DNA of 64,000 nucleotides from a virus: the IMG/VR virus record IMGVR_UViG_3300045988_165521. One strand, given 5' to 3'. Each line of letters begins with the position of its first letter. The first letter of the stretch is position 1. A program made the position numbers and the translations under genes. Positions 31,856-43,900 of the stretch are shown piece after piece. The notes under the pieces are model-generated. The model did not search any database and had not been told where the DNA came from. It saw only the letters and a list, made by a program, of their open reading frames with translations.

Positions 31856-34800
31856 TATTTACAATCTTCTTTTATAATATCATCATTCATTAATTTATTC
31901 TTGATTGTAGCTACTTTTTGACTAAGTTTATAGTTTTCATGAATAAAACTATCATAGAATGGCATGATTTCTCCACTATTAATAATAGCTTTAAGTTCAG
32001 GATTAGTAATTGAAAGAATTTCATCTATAATTTCTAATTCTACATCAGATTTAATATGTCCATTATAATAGTCTGTAATCATAGTTGCTAAAACTTCTTC
32101 ATCAAAGTCAGATCCTTTCTTATTTTTATAATAAGGATTTTGTCGCATTTTATTTCATAATTCAGTATCCTGTATATTACCTAAAATCTTATAATAAGAC
32201 TCGGCATACATATTTCTGGCATCTGCTAAGTATAGATGTGAGAATTCATGAATTAGAGTATCGTCTGTAGCTCTATCAATATTAATATAAATTATTCCTT
32301 CTTTAATAAATCCTTTTGCATTTTTAGTTGCAGTATCTTCATTAATTACATCCTGATCTGTTACTAATCTTACATTTTGTAAAGAATTTACATTTTTTAC
32401 TAATTCTGTAATCTTAGTAGACATTGGAGTTTTTAAGTCATAGAATTTGGTTGGTCCATTATTAAATAAAGTAAGTTGATTTGGATCAGTTCTAACAAAA
32501 GCTCCTGAATTAAAGATAATATATTTTAGAGTTCTAGATATAAGATTTTTAGAAGATGTATTAGTATTATTAAACTCGTCTACTAATATGTTATGTTCAC
32601 CTATTAGTTTATTAGTTACAGCATACATTCTTTGATCATATCCTTCATCAAATAACTCTGCTACACTTTCAGCTATACCTCATTCCGTATAATAGTCAAA
32701 ATCAATGTAAGAAACAACTTCTTCATTATTTTTATCTGCTTTTGTTTCTGCAACTTCAATAATTTTAGCAATTTTTAAAGCTTCTTCAACAGATATGTCT
32801 GTTTTAGGAATATTGAATCTTACTTGTCTATACTGTTCATTTCCATCAGATACTAATATTGGTTTAGTAGTGTCTGTAGTTGAATCATTATAATCTCTAT
32901 CTAAAGAAGTGTTTTCTTCAGATTTAAATCCAATGGTTTCAACATTTTCATTTGCTGCATTAATAAGTACTGCTTCTGCTCTTTCTGCCATACTATCATT
33001 TGGATCTCGTTTTAGGAATGTATTAGCAAGTTCTTGTGGATTTTGTTGGTCAATTCAATTATTATAATCAACAACTCATAATGAATTATCTCCACTTGCT
33101 ACTAAGTCCTCAAACAAACGAGTTAATGAAGCCTGTCCAAAACCATCTTTATTAACAATTAAGTTATATAAATAGAAGGCATTAACAGGATTTAGAGCTC
33201 CAAATTCAGGAATCGTAACTTTATTTAAACTATTAAAATCTCGTAAGATTTGTTCATAAAGAGCTTTAGTCTTTTGACTATTATCTATCTGCATCATATT
33301 AAATGGAAGTTTATAAAAACCTCTTTCCTTACCTTCTGAATCAGTTTTTAATCCAAAGCATAAATATTTAATAAATGCATTATCAGGTAATTTTTCTTTA
33401 AGTGTAGGAATAATATAATCCTCAATATACATTCTAAATGAATCAATATTATCCTTACTGTCTAGATTAATTATAAAGTTTTCATCTTTATTAATTAAAA
33501 TAGAATTTTCTACCTTATATTTCTGATTAACTGGAACTTGAAAACTTAAATTTTTAGTTTTAATTCATGAATCAATTAAGAAATCATCAATATTATTTCT
33601 AGTTTGTCTAAATTCTTCTATAGATAACTTACTTCCTCTTTTAGGAGTAGTTTCATCTATAACAATAGATTCAACTTGATTTCTAACTGATAATCGATTA
33701 AGAACTTCATTATCAACACTTAGAATATTAAACATTTCTTTGAAGTGTGGAACACTAGCTATAACATCTAATATATTAAATGTAGTCTTAACTTTTTCAT
33801 AGTTATCAATTTGTTGTAATCTGTATTCTTCATTAGCAGCAAACTTTAGTAGATTAAATTTCTCTCCAATTTCATCTTTAAACTTATCATTAATAAATGT
33901 TTCAATTCCCTTAATATAAGAATACTTTCCTCATTTATCTGTAGGAAGTCCTTGATTAATTTTTAATAATCTACCTAGAATTCTAATTTCTTCTGCACCT
34001 TTAGCTTTCTTCTTTAATGTTTTAAATAAAATTTCAGTTCTCTCATTTGCTTTTTTAATATCAGCTTCAGATGCATTTGGTTTATAAACTGCATATCTTG
34101 AAGGATCCTCAATAGCTTGATCAATGAAATGAATTTTATTTTTTGGAATTGGATCTGTTCAAAGATTTGTATTATATTCCGATACAAGTTTAGTAACTTC
34201 TTCAGATACCATTAAATCTCCAATTCTTCTTAAGTCCTCTCCAAGCATTAAACTATATACATAAAGATCAACTCAATTAGAGTCTGCATTAATTTTCTTA
34301 AGAATTAACTCCTTAGCATTATCTGTTGCAGCATTCAGTAACTCTCCCATATCAAGAGATTTATCAGTTAATCTTCTTTGGAAGTCTATTAGCTGAATAA
34401 TATTATTTGCAATATCTGCAGGAACTGCATATTTAGAAATTCATTCAGGATCATTTTCAAACATAGAAAAATCTACATTTGCTAATGTAATTAATTGTTC
34501 TGTTCCATTACGTTGAGAACCTTTAATAAATGAATATCTACTTAAAAGTTGTCTAGTTGTATCAAAATCTCTATTTACAATACTATCATAAACTTGTTTA
34601 AATCTAGTATTATATAAGTTAGATAATGCAAAGAAACTCTTTAATCCTGTAGCAACATTACCAATTACAGTTTTACCAACCATATTTTGAATTTGCATTA
34701 AATATTTACTAGCAGAATTATAAGGATTCATAATTTTTGCACTTTCTCCTAATACAGATTTACTTGCAAGTTCTTGCATATGAGATGTTGTAATAGGCAT

Positions 34801-34971
34801 TGTAAGGTTAATCTGATTTTTAGGACTCAGTATTACATCAAATACACCATTTACAATTGCATTTCTTATAGCATCCTGTTTTAAGAATGGAGATATTTTT
34901 GGATCTTCTGCATTTGTAAGTAATTTTCCATTATCAGAAATAGAATAACCTAATATATAAACTTTATCGAT
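31855..34971 (-). CDS. giant virion-type RNA polymerase-like protein, exon 2 (C-terminal 1038 aa) with a zincin HExxH domain
   Basis: It starts IDKVYILGYSISDNG.... It joins track ORFs 34441.., 33076.., 32680.., 32155.. and 31855.. through TGA only. DTLIHEFSHLY contains the HEFSH codons at 32236-32250. The stop is TAA at 31855-31857. Confidence 0.75.
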
Positions 34972-35280
34972 CATTTTTGTTAGCTTATACTTTCGTATAA
35001 GATCAGACTATATCTTATATTAAATTACTATTACCATAATTTAATATCCTCTTATTTCCATAAAATAATGTACTCTACTTGTTTATTCCTAATAATATTT
35101 CTTTATTAGTATACTTTCGATAGTCGTTGAACCCTTCTTTTCAGAATCGGCTGCTGATTGTCCAATACTTATAATTTTTAAACATTCACACTTAAATCAT
35201 TTTTAGATTTTATGTTGTAGTTTATAAGTCTCTAAGGAGTTTCCAGCAATTAAAGAGGTTTTATTATGACACGTAACTCT
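34972..35280 (-). mobile_element. ORF-less group I intron (309 nt) inside the RNAP catalytic DxDxD motif
   Basis: This is the only block in the 9.1-kb frame with in-frame TAA/TAG (35203, 35020, 35008). Core blocks, in plus-strand coordinates, are ccagcaatt 35243-35251, ggctgctgattg 35149-35160, tagtcgttgaacc 35121-35133 and tcagactatatc 35003-35014. P1 pairs exon attatgaT (35288-35281) with Gtcataat (35270-35263). It ends ...aaaaatG (34972). Confidence 0.85.
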
Positions 35281-38200
35281 ATCATAATCAGACCCTTGCA
35301 ACCATGTCTGATTGGTTGGTACGTAGACCTCGTTTATGTCACTATCAGTAAATAGAACTACTTCCATTGGCATGAATGACTGCATTGACTGACAAGGAAT
35401 ACGAGTACCTACAAATCTTAAACTTTGCTCAAACGCTTTATATTTTCTATCAGCGATTTTCATAATTCTATTACTAAATCTAATATTTTGATTATCACTT
35501 AACATTTGAATTAGCACTTGAGGATTTATAGATTTGTAATCTAAAATTTCTCTAGTTTTAATATCTCCAAAATCATCATAATATGATAAAGTAACATTAT
35601 CTGACGTAAATTGATTTGCAATTAAGTTTTTGTAATTAGATAATGTATAGTTATACTTATAGTTATTATAGATTCTAGAGTTATTAATTTCAGAAAATCT
35701 TTCAAAGTTATCTACAATTACTAGGTCATGTATATTTCCCGCAGTATCAGTATATTTATAAAACTTCTTACCTTCTGCAGATGCTATTTCTTTTCCATTG
35801 TAGTAAACAGAATTATCAACTATAGTAAAATCTCCATTTGGAGTTAAAGTATCCTTATATAAATTATTCAGATTTTGGTCTCCAATTTTTACATAAAGTT
35901 TTTTTCCAGTTCCATCAAATAATATTATATCATAAGATTCAGGATCAGGATTATCATTGTTATAATAACCTTGAATTCTCTCTTTAAAGAACTCAGCTCC
36001 TCTTTGCTTAATTTTAGCTATAGAATCTCCTGGCAATAGACCTAATTGTTTAGCATATAATTTACCCATAATAATCTGGGCAGGAATTACTTGTACAGAT
36101 TCAGGTTGTACATATATACCTTTTCATTGGATCATCTTACCATCAGCTAAATCATTTAATAATTTTTGCTGAGATTTATGTAACGAGTTTTCTATAAAGT
36201 CAATATCGATTTCTCCCGCACTAGGAATTAATGTTCCTGCTGCTCTACGAATTAGAGCTATTCTCTCTGTAGTAATAATATTAACTCATTCTAGTTGCTC
36301 AGGGGTTAAATCTTTTTCAGGTTTTCCTTTAAGCCCAAGTTCCTTTTTAATATTAGATCTTAATTCATCATATAGAGATTCTACAGTAGTACTAGAGGTT
36401 CCATTAAGATAATGTAATGCACGAGTTATATCTCCTTCAAAAATACTATGTTTTTCTCCCTCAATAATAAATATTGTATCAGAGCCTTTAAGATTTTTTG
36501 GACGTAAAGATAATCTTTGTGCATATCTCTTATCTAAGTTTTTATACCAATCGTATTTTGAATAATTATCAATTTTTACAATATCATACATATCAGTAGT
36601 AACCTTTCCCATATATCCTTGATATAGTCTCTGTCCTTCTTCGTTTAATAAAGGTTCTTCTCCATTAAACATCGGATCATTATAAACTACTAATGTATCT
36701 TCAAAATCGATAGGATTTTCAGCAGTAAGTTCTGTAACAAATGGGTTAATAAGATTTTCTCCATTACGAGTAACAAAAGGACCTTGCATTGCTTCATTAA
36801 TAGTTAAATCTGCAAGACGAGGATCTGTAGCTCTACCTACCTTTCTTACTAAATCTAAAAGTTCATCGTAGTTATAGTTATATCCTCCTCAGTTAAAATA
36901 CTGTTGTATTCCATATGATGGATTTAATACAGATGCAACACCATCATAATGACGTCTAATTGCATCTTTTACTAAAGAAGATGTAACTGTTGAGTTAAAG
37001 ATACCATTAATAGTACCTGCACTAAAAGGAATTTTATAATCGATTTTCTTTTCATTAAAACTTTGTTGAGCAAGTTTTATAAAAGATTGTGCAAGTCCTA
37101 AAGTATCTTTATTATTTGTTTGAAAAGCTTTAACTAAAGCTTTACCATAAATTTCATATAAGGCTTGTTGATCTCCTGTTTCAAGAACTTCATGAATTTC
37201 TGCAATAGCATCATGACATAATTTACCAATTTCTTGATATACTTTTGTTGCTAAATCGTGTGTAAATCCATTTTGTTCAAGAGCACTAATCATCTGAGTC
37301 ATTTCAGTAACTTCTGCTTCATCAAGTTCGTGATCTGCATTCATCTGAACTCCTCCAAACTTAGTTGACATTGTAGTAAACCATAAATCAGAATCATTAG
37401 TTCAAATATCATCACCATTAACATTAGAAGCTCCTACTTTGATAGCAGACTTATTTACAAGATACCCAATCATATAGTCTTTTAGATTATTATCATTAAT
37501 AATATCATTAACAACATCTAAATTATTTTCTGATCAATATAATTGTTTCATGGTATCATTGTATTCCATTGATCATGCTCCACCAAATATTTGATCTAAA
37601 TCATATATACTACTAATTTTAATATCTGTATCGAGTATACTATTTTCTCCAATTATATTACCAAATATATCGGTTTCAATACGTTCTACTTGAGCTACAT
37701 TATTATTAATAACTACATGATTTATTTTCCAATAAGTTTGGTTATCAGGTTCTCTATAGAAGAGATTATCAAATACTTTGTCATAAACGATTGTTACACT
37801 AGGATCAAATAGTAAATTATGCATTTTTCTAAACATATTTTCTAACTTGATATCTGATCCCCATGATGTACGCCTATTAGCATTTGTAATCTCATATTCT
37901 GCTCACTTTAATAATTTAGGTAAACCATATTCTCCATTCATATCTGCTAAAATAGTCTTTTTATTTCTACCTACTTTAGCATCAATTAGTGATACATTTT
38001 GTTGTCTAGAAAAATACGGACTTGTAAATCCAGATCCGTCCATAGAATCAACACTATCAGTCATACCAGAAATATTTTGTACAGCAGCTCCAATATCTCC
38101 AACTACAGCCATTTTAACTTTTGGAGCAACTCCATTTTTTAATCCTTGTGCAAAGGAATGATGAGTAGCTCCATAAATAACCATACGTTTTACCTGAGAA

Positions 38201-40998
38201 ATTCATCTGCTTGCAAAACTATGTTCAAGATATCCTTCTGTTGCAGAAACCTCTTTATTCTTATTTGGGTGAGCGTAAACTCCTCCAACCATCATTTTAT
38301 TATATTCATTACTTAAAAATGAATCCATAATGAAATACGAATAAAGCATAGGATTTAATTTACCATCCTTATCATGTATTGTTACATAAGGAACTGTATA
38401 TGATATTGGCTCATCATTTTCATCAACAGTTTCAATAGTTCTTTCAGAAATTCAGTTACTTCATTTTCTAGCAGAAAATGCCTTATATACATTTTTGTCA
38501 GAAGATATACTCTCTCAAGCTTTTGAGCTGTCTTCAAGAAACCTATTTAATTGATAATTAATAAACTCATCAAATTGATTTCTTTCGCTGAATATATTAT
38601 AAAGATTTTCAAGTGTTTCATTAAAGACATTTTTCTTAGTATATGGATCTTTAGATATATGAACTTCTTCAATAAATTCTAATCCGCTGTCTCTAAATTT
38701 TTGCTTAATATCTGCAAGTTTTGTTTTTGCAATATATTCTTTTAGATCACTTATAGTCTTAAATTCTTTACCTGTAGCTTGAGTATAGTCGTTTAAGATT
38801 TTATTAATTAAGTTCGTATATTGACTTTGATTTGTTTTAAATCAAATATTCATAATAGGTTCTAAATCAGATACATTCTTACTAGAATAATATTTCTCTA
38901 AAACTTCCTTAAAATTAATTGAACCTAAATCTTTAAAATCTCAATTTTGACTTAAATCAAATTGCATTACAAAATGTTTATTTTTATCTGAATAAACTGT
39001 TGATTGCAATCCAATTACTCCATTTACCTTTCCACCCTGCTCAGAAACAGATTTACTTGAAGTTAATCCTTCAAAGAAATCATATACTATTGCAAGATGT
39101 ATTACTTCATCTTCAGTAAGATTACTAGATTGTTTAGTATAATCTCCAATAGTTACTTCTGCTCGAATCTTTGGATTTTTAATACGTTGAATATTGTTAA
39201 ATACAGCATTATCACTCATTACTGTATCAGATCCTCATCCAAGTTCATCATGTAAATATTGGCTCATTTTCTTATGAGAGTACGCTAAACAAACCATTTG
39301 ATATAATGGTAAATTGTTACCTTCTGCATTCTTAATAACATTAATTGTATCAGAACCATTAGTAACACTTAATACTTTTGCTAAATCATTTGCTTGCCCA
39401 AAGAAGCCATTTTTGCCTATATCAATAATTTGACCTGAGTTAGCACTATATAAAATACTACCTAATATTGGAGTTAATAATGTAATTTTATTTACATTTT
39501 TTTCTCTTGGGAATACTTGTTCTGCAACTTGATTAAAATCATCTGCTACTAAAAATGAAGCAAAATCCATAAGTAAATCGTCCATTAAAGTATCAGATAT
39601 TATTCCTGCAGAATTAATTTCTCCAGTATCAGGATTATATTTTAAATTTAAAGTATTACTGCCTTCTGTAATACTAATATTAGTTCCAATAATATTAATA
39701 TCATATTTTCCTAACTTATTTTGGAAGTTAGTTTTATTATCAATTCAGTAAGTACTTGCAGCTTTAATAATATCTGTAAGAAAATATCTCTGTATTTGTA
39801 CAGGTCTATCAGTTAAATTCTTACCAGTTAATTCTCCAGTTAAGTTATCTTTACCATAACTAATATAACTTGACAATACTGTCTTATTCATTAGATGTGT
39901 ATACATTTGTTTAATTGGAGTAGCCATTTTATCTGAATAGATAAACTTAGCAATACCTCTTAACTTATTTTGTAAGTAAGTTGTATGTTCTGGTGCTACA
40001 GATTTAGTTGCTAGTGCATTTAAATATTTTCCAATAATTTTACTCATATCCATATTGCCCTCTTTAGCTATTTCATCAACTATTTCAGGGTCAACACTTT
40101 CCTCCATAAATAATTTTACTTTACCCATAGCTGAATTAAATCCAGATAAGGTAATAGCTGTATTTTCTATAATAACACCATCTTCATTAACTTCAGGAAA
40201 ATATGAAAGTAAAATTTTTGCGAGGTCACTGACGGATTCTTCAGCTCCCATAAATTCATTATTACTAAAACCAGTATAGTGTGTAACATTCGGACCATCA
40301 TAATTATAACGTCCTACAGCATAAGTTGAACTATTTTTATATTCTGGTTTAATAGAAATAAATGGAGTATATAATCTCAATATATCATCAAAAGTTTTTA
40401 ATGTTACATATGCATTATATGCATTAAAATATTTTTGATCTTGAGTAAGTCCTGCATTTTTAATGTAGGCTTCATATTCTTTTATAGTATCTTCAAATAC
40501 ATTAATAATAGATTTAGGTTCTGAGTCAATGCTAATAGGAGTTAGAGGTTTTCCCATGAACTCACTAATAATAGATAAAAGTTCTTGTTTATATTTAAAA
40601 ATTCCAGTATTTAAATTGGAATAACTTCCTAAAGTAGCATTTGCATCTATAAAAGAATCAGAATTAATATCAAATACAGACATAGAAATAATCTTTTTTG
40701 CTGTATCGTCAATCATTTTATTATATTGTCTTGAATTATCAATATAATATTGTTGAGGTGAAGATCCTTCGGGAGGAAGTTCAATACCTAATCTACTACT
40801 AATCTTTTTAGGTTCAGATACAGGTGTTGGAGCGGAGTCTGTATAGACTCCACTCACAAACATATTAAACACCTCATCTGGATTTGTAAAATGCTCATTT
40901 ATGAACACTTTAAACGCATTTAAATCTGGTGAATCACCTCTAAGTAAGTTCTTCAGTAATGGATAATATGCTGAAGAATATCCACATTTAACACTCAT
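35281..40998 (-). CDS. giant virion-type RNA polymerase-like protein, exon 1 (N-terminal 1906 aa)
   Basis: ATG at 40996-40998. It joins track ORFs 39745.., 39235.., 38941.., 37903.., 37573.., 36889.., 36286.. and 35203.. through TGA only. It ends ...VGTRIPCQSMQSFMPMEVVLFTDSDINEVYVPTNQTWLQGSDYD, which mirrors beta-prime RAPTLHR...NADFDGD. Confidence 0.75.
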
Positions 40999-43900
40999 TA
41001 TTTTCTAATTTTGCTATTAAGTATTTCTGTACATTTTCTCTTAACTCGTTGAGAGTTTCATTTGTACTAACTTCGTTATAATATGTACTTGCTATAGTTT
41101 CAGTTACTTCTGTATTTTGCATTAGAGCTTTAAGGTACATTAAAATATTAGGACTTGATTTATATAAATCTTTTGCAGAATTTAAATAATCTCTAAGTTC
41201 TATATATTCATTCATTGTATTAAACTCTCTAATTGAGTAAACTCCATCTTTATTTTCAAGTACAAAATTCTTTGAATTATTGTTCAAAGATACTAAAAAT
41301 GGTACAAATTTCAAATTATTTCTAGAGATAATTGTAACATCATCTGGATTCTCTCCATAAGCTTGTTTAAACAAATTCTTAAGCATAGGAGTAAGATCAT
41401 CCTTTATTTCCTTCATTACAATTTCAGGATTATTAGAGTCTCCAACAATTTGAATTATTGTATAATTTGGAGTAGTAACTTTATTTAATATTTCATTATT
41501 AACATCATTAACTGTTGATTCTAATAAGTCTATATTTGTAATTTGTTTGTTTACTCCAAACTGTTTAAACGCCTCATTAATTTTATTAATCTTTTGACGT
41601 TGTAAATCCTCTTGAATAGCTCTTTCAGGATTAACTTGAATCTTGTCATAATCTATAATAAAATCGTTTCCTATTAAATTAGAAGCATTTGTAGAATATA
41701 GTTTATTTGCAGTATCAACTTCATAGTAGAATTGAGATCCTGGAACTACTTTAACTATATTATCAAATACATAAATACCTTGCTTAAAGTTTGGATTGTT
41801 TTCAATATGTTCTTGAAGTTTTTCAGTTTTTCCAACAAAGTCTGCAAAGATATTATATATCATAAATGATGGATCATTAAATTCAAATTTACCAACTCTA
41901 CTAATGTAACCTGTTTGCATTAACATTTGATTAGAATCGAAAGATCCAAACTCATTATTTAGTAAAGAATCAAAATCAGAATAAGTTTTTCCATTAACAA
42001 CATATTGTCCATTCTCCATAGTTACTATTCTTTCAGTAACGTTTCCTCTATCAGCTTGAGTTACTTTATCTTCATAAGTAACTCTAATAGCATTAGTATA
42101 TCCTGATTGTGTATTTAATAATGCTCCTAATCTAAATAATATAGTACTCTTATAAGGAGAGAAATATGCAAGTGAAATCAATTGTCCAGCTCTTTCTCTG
42201 TTAAGATTATTTCTAACTTTAACATTTTTGTCTCCTGCTTTTCTTTGTGCATTAAATAAATTAACATTATTAATTGCAGTATGAATTATATTATCTAAAG
42301 AAGCAACACTATTTATTCCTATTAATCGAATTCTAGGATCATTTTGAACAGTATTTAAAATAGTTCCGTCTTCTGCTACTTGTGCTTTTAAGTGAGCTTC
42401 AAATTCCTTTTGACTAACTAATGGATCAGCAGAGAATAACATAAATGTATTTCCTCTATTCTGATACATAAATGCATAGTTTCTTGAATCTGCTTCAAAT
42501 GTGTTTCCTACTCATTTAATATGATCCTGCCAATCTGACTTACGTACTACTAAAGATACTAATTTTCCGTAAGAAGAGAATAAACCTCCTTTATTTAAGG
42601 CACTTGTATTAAAGTTAGATACATCAACAGTTGTTAACTCTCCTTCTCTTGTAAACTTAGCATAACTTCCAATTGTAAAATCTCCTGTATATATTCCAAA
42701 TCTTGGAGTTGTAAACAATAGAGGAATTTGTGCTGTTTTATCTTTTATCTGAATTTTTGCTACTAATAATCCTCTTCGCCCATTATCATATGGAACTACT
42801 TCAAAAATAGGTTTAGTTTTTAGTGCAGTTTCTAGTTCACTAAAAGCACGACCCATAGCTCTATCTTTATTTAAAGCTTGTCCTAATCGTACAATTTCTC
42901 TTGGATTTTTATAATATCCATATTTAAAATAAGCAGCAATTAAATTTAAAGCTCTAATATATTTAGGAGCTGCAAGTTTACCTTTTATTCCTAATATATT
43001 AAATAAAGAAGATTCTGTAGCTTGATCATAATTTCATAAATTATTTAAATAGAAATCTGCAATATCATTCCATTTAGAAATATTTAAAGGATTATCTGTT
43101 ATTCCTATATTCTGAGGAACTTCTTCAAGTATATCTACAGGAGGAGTAACAGATTGTTCAACATTAGGAGCATGTACTGGATTTTGATCTGTAACAGGAG
43201 GTTGTTCTCTAGTATTACTATTGAATGTTTGTTTGCTTTGTGCTTCAGCTACAGTATTTTTAGTCTCTGGTTCTACAGAAGCTTGTCTAACTGGTTCCTT
43301 AGGAGATTCACTAACTATTTCTGCTTCTGGTGTAGGTTCTACTCTTGGCTTAATATTTTGTTCTGAAGTTGGTATAACAGGTTCAGCTACAATTGGATTT
43401 GGATTTACTTCTTCATAATCAATAGATTCAGGACTATTCTCTAATAACTTAGTTCTTCAGTCTTTGAAATCACTAATTTGTTCAGGAGATACTTCAATAC
43501 TTCCTGCACTAGTCATATCATTAATTGTGTTTAACTTTAAATCTAGACTAATCCCGTTATCTACAATAATTGTACCTTTTGTAGAACGTTGAGTTAATGT
43601 ATATAAATCCTTAAGAGTTAAATAGTGTTTTCCACTCGTATCTTTCCAACTCTTGTCTATGATTGCAAATTCAAATTCATCACCTTGGACACTATCTAAT
43701 CCTACTACTTTAACATTATTAATAGCAGTATATTTAGCAGGATTATCAGTTATAATTGCAATATCATTAGATAGTTTAGATAACTTTTCTACTATTTTAG
43801 GTACTTCATCTGAACTATTAATAAATTTCTCCCCACCAAACGTTTCAGTAGTTTCAAAATATTTAAGTTTAATACTATTTTCAGATAATATCTGTTTCGT

